From Octopus sinensis (Eukaryota), in contig NW_021833438.1 in the NCBI RefSeq assembly GCF_006345805.1, positions 1 to 64,000 of the forward strand: 64,000 bases of DNA, read 5' to 3'. This document shows, in pieces, positions 51,060 through 63,928 of the stretch (the first letter of the stretch is position 1; each line of letters begins with the position of its first letter). A program made the translations under genes and the position numbers. Below the pieces are notes generated by a model. The model was not told where the DNA came from. It was given only the letters and a program-made list of their open reading frames with translations, and did not search any database.

Positions 51060-51267
51060 TCACTTTTAACTTTACTTGTTTCAGTCATTTGACTGCGGCC
51101 ATGCAGAATCATCGCCTTTAGTCGAGCAAATCGACCTCAGGACTTATTCTTTGTAAGCCTAGTACTTATTCTATCGGCCTCTTTTGCCGAACCGCTAAGT
51201 TACGGGGACATAAACACACCAGCATCAGTTGTCAAGTAATGTTGGGGGGACAAACACAGACACACAA

Positions 51268-51325
<58 letters not shown>

Positions 51326-51511
51326 TATATATATACATACATATATACAATGGGCTTCTTTCAGTTTCCGTCTACCAAATCCACTCACAAGGCTTTGGTC
51401 GGCCCGAGGCTATAGTAGAAGACACTTGCCCAAGGTGCCGCGCAGTGGGACTGAACCCGGAACCATGTGGTTGGCAAGCAAGCTACTTACCATGCAGCCA
51501 CTCCTGCGCCT
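51060..51511 (-). mobile_element. SINE family A, full length
   Basis: Head cagccactcctgcgcct to tail cttttaactttacttgtttcagtc. Confidence 0.9.
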
Positions 51512-52046
51512 ATATATGTACATGCATATGTATGTATGCGTGTATATCTACATATTTTTTCACTTCATTTCTCTGGAACAGTAGCTCCTAAGAAAAATGC
51601 AATAACCTTGTGTATGATATAATTGTGGGAACAAATATAGCCAAAGATTGTTTAAATTTATCTCCCTTGACTTTTCAACAGACCTGAAATACTACTTACT
51701 CTTTTGCAGAAACTGAATGATGTCAGTTACTAACCATATAATAACTTTAACCGCTCTGTTAGAAATTACAATACTAAACGGTTTTCTAATATAATTGATT
51801 CAAATTCTGTCTCTATCTGTAATTATGACCATCTTAATACTTGTGTGCTTGGTGAAAAATGCAGAGTTAATAAATCAATTTTATTCCGTATACTTGGATG
51901 ACAATTCGAAGCCCATGTCATATACTGAATTAACGGAACATAATTTTAAAGTTAGTTTTTATTGACACTGTCATTCCTTTATTAACCCGGAAAGAAATTC
52001 CTCATACATTATTTAAATGTATTTACTTTCTGAATACAAGCAGCTG

Positions 52047-52300
52047 AAATTGGGTTTCTCTGAAGGATCTGTGTAGAAACACTACTCAACAGGGTTCAGA
52101 GCTTGAAGATCAGGGAGTTTCTCCTGGTTGAACAGCTACTTCTCTGCATTGATAGGTCAATGCACCAATAATACGGACATGTGATTAGAATGTTGTAAGT
52201 AAGAATCACAAGATGGATTCTTCAAGCCGAGTCGACCAACAGGAGACTCAGGGGTAGAATAAGGAGATGATTGAATAATATCCATAGTCTTAGGGTTAGG
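52047..52300 (+). pseudogene. Decayed RTE-clade LINE RT C-terminal fragment
   Basis: GFL*RICVETLLNRVQSLKIREFLLVEQLLLCIDRSMHQ*YGHVIRML*VRITRWILQAESTNRRLRGR. Confidence 0.6.
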
Positions 52301-53111
52301 GTTAGGGTCAGCTGATCATGCATGGGAATCCAGCTGAAAAGTGTACTGATGTTTGCTTCTGATAAGAACCTATAGGGGAGGTGCCCTACAACCTTTCCAA
52401 ATATAGTAGGCGGAGAAGATGGTTGGAAAGACGGTTTCTGGAAGAGACGTCCCTCTATAGGTTTAAGTTCACTTGCTCAGTGCAAGAATTTGCGACATCT
52501 TGCAGACACAAAAGTTTTCACTCAAAAATAATTGCTATTTATGCTTGACAGAAAAAGCACTAATTTCATTCGAAATATTCCAAAGACCTGAATATCCATG
52601 AACTTGTAAAAATGCTGCTCTGTGGCTGATATTTTACACTGTGTAACACTATTTTTATCCTTAAGAAGCAACTGTTATTCCCTATTTGTTTACTCCTAGA
52701 AACTATGAAAAATGGCTAATTTTTCCTTCAAATTTTGCTTTTGTTATATTTATTCAAACCTCCGAAAATCCTTCGTGACACATGGCTATGATGCTCCCCC
52801 ACTACTCCTGCTCATCATCAGAGATGCACATATTGTCATCAAGTGGTTAAAATGAAGCAACTGACAAGCAAAACTGTGGTAATGTGCTGAATATTTGCTA
52901 TAATGATATTTCTCCTCCAGCAACTCGACACTGAATGTGTGTGAAACGTAATGAAAAATAGGCCAGTTTCAAACATTGATGTCCAGCTCAGAAAAATAAA
53001 TTTTGAAGAGAATAATGGCCATTTCCTTTGATTTCTAGACAGAAACAGATAAGAAATAACACCGACCAAAAACAAATAAATAAATAAAGAGAAATTTTGT
53101 TACACAGTGTA

Positions 53112-53277
53112 GGCGCAGGAGTGGCTGTGTGGTAAGTAGCTTGCTTACCAACCACATGATTCTGGGTTCAGTCCCACTATGTGGCACCTTGGGCAAGTGT
53201 CTTCTACTATAGCCTCGGGCTGACCAAAGCCTTGTGAGTGGATTTGGTAGAGAGAAACTGAAAGAAGCCTGTCGTAC

Positions 53278-53309
<32 letters not shown>

Positions 53310-53526
53310 ATATGTTTGTGTGTCTGTGTTTGTCCCCCAACATCGCTTGACAACCGATGCTGGTGTGTTTACATCCTCGTAACTTAGCGGTTTGGCAAAA
53401 CAGACCGATAGAATAAGTACTAGGCTTACAAAGAATAAGTCCTGGTGTTGATTTGCTTGACTAAAGGCAGTGCTCCAGCATGGCCACAGTCAAATGACTG
53501 AAACAAGTAAAAGAGTAAAAGAGTAA
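53112..53526 (+). mobile_element. SINE family A, full length
   Basis: ggcgcaggagtggctgtgtgg...aagtaaaagagtaaaagagtaa. Confidence 0.92.
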
Positions 53527-53969
53527 TGTTATTATAATCCTCCAAATGGATAACACTTAAACGTTTACAAATTATCGAAGCTGTTCAATCTCAGTTATTT
53601 TTATGGTATTTTCTAACTGAGTTATCTTTCAGACTGCGACCATGCTGGAGCACCGCGTTGAAAAGTTCCATTGAACAATCAGCTCCAATACTTACATTTA
53701 AGCCTGGTATTTGTTCTAGTGATTTCTTTTGAAGAACTGCTAAGTTACGGGGATGTAAACACACCAACAGCGGTTTTCAAGCGATGGCAGAGGACAGTGA
53801 CAATCGCAGACAGACAGACAGACAGACACACACACACATACTCTCTCTCTTTCACTCTCCCACACTCTCTCTCTCTCTGTCTCTCTGTCTCATACACACC
53901 CACACATATATGTATGCACACACACACACATGAATGCGCATGCATGCACACACATGTATGTATATATAT

Positions 53970-56110
53970 CATCATCATCATCATCATTTAACGTCCGCTT
54001 TCCATGCTAGCATGGGTTGGACGGTTCAACTGGGGTCTGGGGAGCCCGAAAGCTGCACCAGTCCAGTCAGATCTGGCAGTGTTTCTACAGCTGGATGCCC
54101 TTCCTAACGCCAACCACTCTGAGAGTGTAGTGGGTGATTTTATGTGCCACCGACACAGGTGCCAGACGAGGCTGGCAAATGGCCACGCTCGGATGGTGTT
54201 TTTTATGTGCCACCGACACAGGTGCCAGACGAGGCTGGCAAACGGCCACGCTCGGATGGTGTTTTTATGTGCCACCGACACAGGTGCCAGACGAGGCTGG
54301 CAAACGGCCACGCTCGGATGGTGTTTTTTATGTGCCACCGACACAGGTGCCAGACGAGGCTGGCAAACGGCCACGCTCGGATGGTGTTTTTTATGTGCCA
54401 CCGACACAGGTGCCAGACGAGGCTGGCAAACGGCCACGCTCGGATGGTGTTTTTATGTGCCACCGACACAGGTGCCAGACGAGGCTGGCAAACGGCCACG
54501 ATCGGATGGTGTTTTTATGTGCCACCGACACAGTGCCAGACGAGGCTGGCAAACGGCCACGCTCGGATGGTGTTTTTTATGTGCCACCGACACAGGTGCC
54601 AGACGAGGCTGGCAAACGGCCACGCTCGGATGGTGTTTTTTTATGTGCCACCGACACAGGTGCCAGACGAGGCTGGCAAACGGCCACGCTCGGATGGTGT
54701 TTTTTTATGTGCCACGACACAGGTGCCAGACGAGGCTGGCAAACGGCCACGCTCGGATGGTGTTTTTATGTGCCACCACAGGTGCCAGACGAGGCTGGCA
54801 AACGGCCACGCTCGGATGGTGTTTTTTTATGTGCCACCGACACAGGTGCCAGACGAGGCTGGCAAACGGCCACGATCGGATGGTGTTTTTTTATGTGCCA
54901 CCGACACAGGTGCCAGACGAGGCTGGCAAACGGCCACGCTCGGATGGTGTTTTTATGTGCCACCGACACAGGTGCCAGACGAGGCTGGCAAACGGCCACG
55001 CTCGGATGGTTTTTTTATGTGCCACCGACACAGGTGCCAGACGAGGCTGGCAAACGGCCACGCTCGGATGGTGTTTTTTATGTGCCACCGACACAGGTGC
55101 CGGACGAGGCTGGCAAACGGCCACGCTCGGATGGTGTTTTTTTATGTGCCACCGACACAGGTGCCAGACGAGGCTGGCAAACGGCCACGCTCGGATGGTG
55201 TTTTTTTATGTGCCACCGACACAGGTGCCAGACGAGGCTGGCAAACGGCCACGCTCGGATGGTGTTTTTTATGTGCCACCGACACAGGTGCCAGACGAGG
55301 CTGGCAGACGGCCACGCTCGGATGGTGTTTTTATGTGCCACCGACACAGGTGCCAGATGAGGCTGGCAAACGGCCACGATCGGATGGTGTTTGTTACGTG
55401 CCCACAGCACGGAGGCCAGTCGATGCGGTACTGGCTACGGCCACATTCGGATGGTTTTCTTGTGTGCCACGTGCCACCGGCACTGGTACCACAAAGATAC
55501 AAATTCCATTGATGTTCATCTATTTTGATTTGTTTTGATTTTCACTTGCCTCAACAGGTCTTCACAAGTGTCACAAGAAGGAAGGTAAGCACAGGTGGAC
55601 TGACTACGTCCCAGGTAAGGGCCACGGGTTATGGCCTGACTAGTCTTGCCGGGTCTTCGGATGGTGTTTTTATGTGCCACCGACATAGCTGCCAGATGAG
55701 GCTGGCGAACGGCCATGATCGGATGGTGTTTGTTACGTGCCCACAGCACAGAGGCCAGTCGGTGCGGTACTGGCTACGGCCACGTTCGGATGGTTTTCTT
55801 GTGTGCCACCGGCACTGGTACCACAAAGATACAAATTCCATTAATGTTCATCTATTTTGATTTGTTTTGATTTGATTTGATTTGTTTTGATTTGATTTTG
55901 ATTTTCACTTGCCTCAACAGGTCTTCACAAGTATCACAAGGAGGAAGGTATGCACAGGTGGACTGACTACGTCCCAGGTAGGGGCCATGGGATATGGCCT
56001 GACTAGTCTTGCCGGGTCTTCGGACGGTGTTTTTATGTGCCACCGACACAGGTGCTAGATGAGGCTGGCGAACGGCCACGATCGGATGGTGTTTGTTATG
56101 TGCCCACAGC
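53970..56110 (-). mobile_element. Expanded family C element (~2.1 kb)
   Basis: (cat)n tail at 53970; 62-bp array; ~330-bp 5' block duplicated (~55370-55700 and ~55720-56110). Confidence 0.85.
54142..55395. repeat. Tandem array of ~20 near-identical ~62-bp units inside a family C element
   Basis: Unit atgtgccaccgacacaggtgccagacgaggctggcaaacggccacgctcggatggtg(t)5-7; no unique spacers. Confidence 0.97.
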
Positions 56111-56149
56111 ACACACATATATATATATATATATACACACACACACGCG

Positions 56150-56212
<63 letters not shown>

Positions 56213-56529
56213 GCACGCAGCTGGCTTCTTTCAGTTTCCGTCAACTAAAATCTATGACCAGGGCTGACAAAATTGGGATTGAACCCCACATGACATATTT
56301 GGAAAGCAAGCATCTCAATCACACACCCATACATGAAAGTGCAATTACTATAAATCATTTACACAATTTATTGTATTTATTTATTTTATATATTTTTCAT
56401 TCGACATACATTTTGAATTTTTATCCATATACATGCAATAATTTTTTTCCATACACGCAATTTGTACCAATTTATTTTCTTTCACCTTCTTTCTTTTTTT
56501 TTTTTGTTCAGTATCTTTCTTTTCATAAA

Positions 56530-56995
56530 AGGCGGCGAGCTGGCAGAAACGTTAGCACGCCGGGCGAAATGCTTAGCGGTATTTCGTCTGCCGTTACGTT
56601 GTGAGTTCAAATTCTGCCGAGGTCGACTTTGCCTTTCATCCTTTCGGGGTTGATAAATTAAGTACCAGTTACGCACTGGGGTCGATGTAATCGACTTAAT
56701 ACCTATGTCTGTCCTTGTTTGTCCCCTCTGTGTTTAGCCCCTTGTGGGTAATAAAGAAATAGGTATTTCGTCTGCCGTTACATTCTGAGTTCAAATTCTA
56801 CCGAGGTCAACTTTGCCTTTCATTCTTTCGGGGTCGATAAATTAAGTACCAGTTAAACACTGGGGTCGATGTAATCAGCTTAATCCCTTTATCTGTCCTT
56901 GTTGTTTGTTCCCTCTATGTTTAGCCCCTTATGGGCAATAAAGAAATAAGAAACATTAGCAAGCCAGGCAAAATGCTTAGCGGTATTTCATCTGT
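56530..56995 (+). mobile_element. SINE family B dimer plus partial third unit
   Basis: Head ggcggcgagctggcagaaacgttagcacgcc; junctions aagaaatag|gtatttcg (~56762) and aagaaataag|aaacattagc (~56950). Confidence 0.88.
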
Positions 56996-57628
56996 GGAGG
57001 CACATAGCCTAATGGTTAGAGCAGCGGACTCGTGGTTGAGGGATCGCTGGTTCGAATCTCAGACCAGGCGATGTTTGTGTTTATGAGCGAAACACCTAAG
57101 CTTCACGCGGCTCCAGCAGAAGGTAATGGCAAACTTCTGCTGAGTCTTTCGCCACAATTCTTTCCTCTTGCAGCCCACCTGCGACGGACCAGCATCCCGT
57201 CCAAATGGGCAATCAAGAAATAAGTATTTCGTCTGTCTTTACGTTCTGAGTTAAAAATCTGCCTGAGGTCGACTTTGCCTTTCATCCTTTCATGGATCAA
57301 TAAATTAAGTACCAGTTGCATCCTGGAATCAATTGAATCAACTGCCCCCCCCCTACCTCCAAATTTCGGGCCTTGTGCCTAGAGTAGATAAGAATATCTT
57401 TCTTTTTGTCTTTTATACTTTAAATGTCTCACTCATTGGTCTGCGGTCATGCTGGAGCACCACTTTGAAGGGCTTCATGGAATAGATTGAGTTCCAAAAC
57501 TTATTGCTTAATTCTGGTACTTATTCTTTTGGTTTCATTTGCCGAACTGCTAAGTTATGAGAACGTAAGCAAACCAATACAGGTTGTCAAGCAGTTGAGG
57601 GAGGACACAGAGACACACACACATGTAG

Positions 57629-57665
<37 letters not shown>

Positions 57666-57722
57666 CACACATATATATTTATACATACTATACATACATA
57701 TATGTATGTATGTATGTATGTA

Positions 57723-57761
<39 letters not shown>

Positions 57762-58261
57762 GATTGATTGATTGATTCTAGTTTCAGCTTATGAGCTGTG
57801 GCCATGCTGGGGCACCGCCATTTATATATGAAAATACAATATGGGACAAGAATGCAAAACATTCAAATAGACGATACAAAAATACACGGATGGGTCATTC
57901 GAAGCCTCCAATCTTCAGTCAAGAACCGGATCATCCTCGCAATTTCAGCTGATTAATCTTGCCCACTCACACATATACACATGTATGTGTATATGTGTGT
58001 GTAAGTGTGTGTATATATGTATATATATATATATTTCCTGAGCGTCATACTAATACAATTGTTTGTTTGTATTCCACCTGCCTTCGTCTTTTGTTTATTT
58101 CCGTAAACCTGCCTTCGTCTTTTGTCTATTTTCATAAAGCTTCCCGTTATATATATATATATATATATATATACTTTTACTCTTAATTGTAGTTGTTTCA
58201 GTCATTTGACTGTGGCCATACTGGAGCACCGCCTTTAGTCGGACAAATCAACTCCAGGACT

Positions 58262-58700
58262 TATTGGATATTGTCTTTCAGTTAGTGTTGTTCTAAGGTT
58301 TTGAAGACGAGGGTCCCGAGTATTTCTATCAGACACTAAATCCTTTTAGCTAAATCAAAGGGAATATTTGTTTTGATGTGTTTTGGCTGGCATGAACCAA
58401 ACTGGAGATATTGCTTCGAGTCCATTGGTTTATGATAAATGTCAGTTATAATTTGGTTGTTGGCTTTTTTATCGTAATATCCAAGAAAGAGAGCTGTTCT
58501 TTGCTATATTCCACTATGAATTGAATGTTAGGATTTAGTATTGATTTAGTATTTAGTATTGATTTCAATTCCAAAAGTTTATCAATGGTCTCCTTCCAGT
58601 TCTCTGTTATATAGTGGTGAAATGGATATCCATGGACTAAAATCTTCCTAAGAAAATACGAAGTTACAATAATTTCAATGTCATGATAAGCGAAAGCGAA
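58262..58700 (-). pseudogene. Penelope-like reverse transcriptase fragment
   Basis: KETIDKLLELKSILN..NPNIQFIVEYSKEQLSFLDITIK; TDIYHKPMDSKQYLQFGSC; NIPFDLAKRI; RLQNLRTTLTERQYP (frameshifted). Confidence 0.8.
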
Positions 58701-58777
58701 ACCAGTTGACAAACACAATATAAAATATATAAAAAATTATATTAAAACTATGTAAAGTGTGTGTATTTTCTTTCTGT

Positions 58778-58826
<49 letters not shown>

Positions 58827-59445
58827 GGTGTTAGTGGTGTTATGGGCTGTGATGGAGCTATGTGGTGTTGGTGGAGGGGATTGCAGATGAGGTGGACAGA
58901 AGTAGGGACTGCAGGGGTCTGTGACACAGGCACAGTGCATGTATGGGCAGGAAGCACATGTGGTCAGTTCGAGCAGAGACAGCAGCGAGACAAGACGTGT
59001 TTAATTCGTGAGAGTGACCGCTGATTCTGCCGAGGTCAACAGGTGAGGCCTTTTGTATTTCTTTCTCCCCTTTGCTTCTATTTCTGTTGTCCTTTTCCTC
59101 CATCACACTACAATATACACAGACATACACACATGTACATATACGTATGGTGGGCATCTCTCAGTTTTCTTCTACCAAATCCACTTACAAGGCTTTGGTT
59201 GGCTGTAGGCTATAGTAGGAGACACTTGCCCAAGGTGCTACGCAGTGGGACTGAACCCGGAACCATGTGGCTGGGAAGCAAACTTCTTACCACACAACCA
59301 CGCCTGCTCCTATATCAATACAAACATTTCTCTAACCTTAATCCAGCAAGAACATGACATGTCATTACTCACGTCGCCAGTGCATCTGGGCACTGTCATT
59401 GAGGTGCATGCAGTGCATACTTATATATATATATGTACATATGTC

Positions 59446-59483
<38 letters not shown>

Positions 59484-59779
59484 CATATACATATATATAC
59501 ACATATATATATACACATACATATACATACATATATATATGTATGTATATATATATATAGCTATATATAGATATATATATACATACACACACATATATGT
59601 GTGTATATATATATATATATATAATATATATATATATATACATATATAACATATATATGTACATATACATATATAAAAATGTATATATATACATCTATAT
59701 ATACATATATAAAAATGTATGTATATTTATATGTATATGCACATATATATAGATAGATATGGATATACATATATATTTA

Positions 59780-59835
<56 letters not shown>

Positions 59836-60185
59836 CATGTATATATATATTCATACACACATGTATATTTATATGTTTGTATATATTTATATACATGTAT
59901 ATATATACATGTGTATATGTATGTATATAGATATATATAGATATGTGTCTGTCTTTGTATCCCCAGCATCACTTGACAACCGGCGTTGCTGCGTTTACGT
60001 CAGCCATGTTGCAGAACACACCGATAGAATAAGTACTAGGCTTACAAAGAATAAATCCTGAGATCGATTTCTTCACATAAAAGCTGTACTCCAGCATGGC
60101 CACAGTCAAATGACCAAAACTAATAAAACAAAAAAAAAATCTATGCCATTTTAACCGCGAGCAATGCCGGGTATCTCTGCTAGTG

Positions 60186-60222
<37 letters not shown>

Positions 60223-60666
60223 AGAGAGATTGGGAGAGGAGGGAGAGGGTGAGAGAGATACAGACAGAGACGGGTTCGAGAGGAAGAGAGAGAGAAAGAA
60301 TGATTGAAAGAAATAGAGAGAGAGAGGAGAAAGAGAAAGTGAGAGAGATAGGGAGAGAGAAAGACAAAGTGGGAGAGAAGTATAGAGTTGTAAGAAAAGA
60401 AAAAAAATAAATGCAGTGGGGGAAAACGAAAGATTTAAATGAAAAAAAAGGACAAAGTTTATGAACGAACTTTTCGCGCGAAAGAGATGAGATTCAGGGA
60501 GGAAAAAAACCCAGCCATATATTACCTGGTAATAAACTCAAATTCGATTTAGACAGGAAATAATCCAAGATTTTCATAACTCAAAGGATCACCGTTAAAA
60601 CATTTGCCTGTTACTATATATATCTTCCAAGTAATTTTGATATGAGAACTATATATATATAATATA

Positions 60667-60701
<35 letters not shown>

Positions 60702-60820
60702 ATATATATACAGAGAGAGAGAGAGATGTAGATAAAAGTATATATACATATGCACATGTGAGTGTGTGTGTTCGTGTGTGTGTGTTTGTATATCTATCTA
60801 TCTGTCTGTCTGTCTGTCTT

Positions 60821-60878
<58 letters not shown>

Positions 60879-60899
60879 AATCTATATATATATATGTAT

Positions 60900-61060
60900 A
60901 TTTCTCTCCTTGTTTTTTTATCTGTGTATCTTTCTGTCAAAGAGCATAGGCTCGAAACGTAAAAGACTTTTTCTATTCCTGAGCGCTGTACTAATACATC
61001 TGTTTGGTTGTACACCACCTGCCTTCGTCTTCTGTTTATTTTCGTAAACTTTCCCTTTAT
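60900..61060 (+). mobile_element. Family P1 element (hammerhead-like motif 60930-60965)
   Basis: cttt CTGTCAA a gagc-atag-gctc GAA ACGT A aaag. Confidence 0.7.
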
Positions 61061-61394
61061 ATATATATATATATACATATATAGCAGTGTACGTACACTT
61101 TGGTTTCTTATATGTAAGTATATATTTATCTAAATCTTGTATGACTATTCTTTCTTTCTATCAGTCCTTTCATGCTTATTCGCTCATTCGTGTAGAAGAA
61201 ACAGCTGTAAGCTACCTAACACTTGTTCCCCTCTCATGCTTTTAGTGTCATATGTGCTTGTGTATATATGTATGCATATCATTGTTCAATTTATTTCAAG
61301 ATTTCTTGCCAATGGAGTAAGAGCCAGTCTCTAACCTAGATCTAAGGCTCCTTCACTGGAATTTCAACATCAACAACAGGGTGTTTTTGTTTGT

Positions 61395-61680
61395 ATCCGA
61401 GCGTGGCCGTCTGCCAGCCTTGTCTGGCACCTGTGTCGGTGGCACATAAAAACACCATCTGAGCGTGGCCGTCTGTCAGCCTCGTCTGGCACCCGTGTCT
61501 GTGGCACATAAAATCACCCACTACACTCTCGGAGTGGTTGGCGTTAGGAAGGGCATCCAGCTGTAGAAACACTGCCAGATCTGACTGGCCTGGTGCAGCC
61601 TTCGAGCTTGCCAGACCCCAGTTGAACTGTCCAACCCATGCTAGCATGGAAAGCGGATGTTAAACGATGATGATGATGAT
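61395..61680 (+). mobile_element. Family C element (two internal units)
   Basis: ccgagcgtggccgtctgccagcc...ggaaagcggatgttaaacgatgatgatgat. Confidence 0.88.
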
Positions 61681-61879
61681 GTATGTATGTATGTATGTAT
61701 GTCATTATTCAGTTTATTTCAGGATTTATTGCCAAAAGAGAAAGAACCAGTTTCTAACTTAGGTCCAAGGCTCCTTCACTGGAATTTCAACATCAACAAT
61801 AGGGTATTTTTGTTTGTATGTATGTATGCATGTATGTATGTATGTATGTATGTATGTATGTATGTATGTATGTATGTAT

Positions 61880-63155
61880 GTATGCATGTATGTATGTATA
61901 TGTGCAGTTTTATGTATGTAATCTCATGCATATACTTGCATATCTAGACATGCTCATATATTTTTAAACGTTAAACTTCTGGAAAGTTTTGCAGATTTTT
62001 ACACTTCCAGTGATTGATTGGATCTGTAGTCTTCGAATTAGGTTTCTTCTTTCTGGTTTTGAGAAGCCGAATTTCTCAAAATTGGCATTTAGGCAGTGTG
62101 TTACATATCCCAGGGCCCCAATAATTACAGGTATAAATCTGAACTTGTAATCTGGATAGAGTAACTGCACATTTACTCAATAGTTCAGCATAGATGTTCT
62201 CTTTTTCACTGATCTTTGGCTTTATGTTAACATCCAATGGACAGCTATTCACCACAACTGTACACAATTTCTCTTCTCTATCCCAAATCATTATATTAGG
62301 TCTGTTGTGCTTACATTTTACTGAGGTCTTCACTGGGACATTCCACCAGTACTCCTTTTTTATTACGTATGGCTATGGCTTCTACCATACAGAGAGTTTT
62401 TATTTCTTTGTCCTCGGGACTATCCTTCCGATGGATTTCACTACAGTGTGTTAGCAACAACATCATTTCTCATCGGTAGATAATAACCGTGCTGACATTT
62501 TTGAACAACTGCTTATGCTGTGCGGGATATCTTCGATGTTAACTCCACAAAGTCTGCATCGGTCGTCACATTTTACTGCTTTTCCTGCATCTCTATCCCT
62601 TTTGTACATCAAGTATTTGGTTGATATTTCCTTTTCCTGGATTGCAAACGCATACCCTTGAAAATGGGAGGTGGTAATTCGGTTATTGGTCCGTGATAAA
62701 CTACTCTGATGATCAATGTTACTATCATCTCGGAGCTTTCTACTAACATATCCCTGCATAGCCTTCTGCTCATATAGGCTCATTCTTTCATCTGATGATA
62801 CGTTGCAGTACAGTCGTGCAACTTCTTTGAGCATGTATTTTAGGTTATCAGACAAGGAATGTTACTCAAGTAGCTGCCTTCCAGGTCTTATGATGCTATC
62901 AGCTTCATGTATGCAAACTTGGTCAAGGGATGCACTTCGACACTTGGTGATTAAAAGATGTTGCCAAAGGGATATAATACGACATTCAAAGGCATTTTGG
63001 ATCGATGTTAAGCCTCTGCCTCCTTGTTTTCGTTGTAGGTAGAGGCAGTCTACGTCACTGTTTATGTGGAAATTGTATGCTTGCTAGTATTTTTCGGGTT
63101 TTCACATCATTGGTTTGGATCTCATCAAGCGTTCAATCAAGCAGCCCAAATATTG
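61880..63155 (-). mobile_element. 5'-truncated R4/Dong-like LINE (zinc knuckle plus restriction-like endonuclease), decayed
   Basis: Frameshifted LYLPRKRGGRGLTSIQNAFECR-like motif; CRLCGVNIEDIPHSISSC (CCHC); KHNRPNIMIWD; FIPVIIGALG..KICKTFQKFNV*; (TACA)n tail. Confidence 0.85.
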
Positions 63156-63410
63156 GTATATATATGTATGTATGTATGTAGGCTTGCTTCCCAATAACAT
63201 GGTTCCGGGTGTGTGTGTATATATAATATATATATATATATATAGATGAAAGTTAGAGGTTGTGAATCCAACCAACTAAGGGATAATATCTATCCAATAT
63301 ACTGCTGGTAGAATACCCAATTATTAATACACAAGTGTTTTTTATTGCATTGCAATTACACTAATGAATGTAATAAATAGGTGAAGGTAAAGAGATATTT
63401 TACCATTAAT

Positions 63411-63928
63411 TTATATAGCAAATAAAAAAAATGGAGCGGATCAATAGGTGGTTCATCAACTTTTAGACATTATATTATGTCAATTTATTTATATATTTAT
63501 TAAAATGACAATTACAACAATATACATACATGTATAACATTATGCTTTACATATATAATATAAAGATACCAGTAATTATTAAAATATATAACATACAGGA
63601 ATATAAATTGGGAAAATATCTTACAGCTGTTTCAGCCAAGAGGCAAAAATACCTCATTTTACCTTTATTCCTCCAGTACTGAAGTAATATGTAGATGAAA
63701 TTGAGGTACTTGGGTGTTTCTCTAGGCTTCATCATTCCTATATGTTAAATTTTAATAATTACTGGTATCTTTATTTATTAATATATTTTATATGTAAAGC
63801 ATAATATGTGATACATGTATGTATATTATTGTAATTATCAGTTTAGTAAATAAATAAATAAGTTGACATAATATAATGTCTAAAAGTTGATGAACCACCT
63901 ATTGATCCCCTCCATTTTCTTATTGCTC

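Noticed and set aside
51690-52030. Possible - strand exon ending at a gtaagt donor
   Set aside because: The frame I translated closes quickly with no recognisable peptide; the donor-like motif is likely chance
52278-52299. (ttaggg)3 tract
   Set aside because: Too short and lies within a decayed RTE fragment; not a telomere
54004-55538. 400-500-aa ORFs and a CRISPR-like appearance
   Set aside because: The ORFs are translations of the 62-bp tandem repeat; units are near-identical with no unique spacers, there are no cas genes, and the context is eukaryotic
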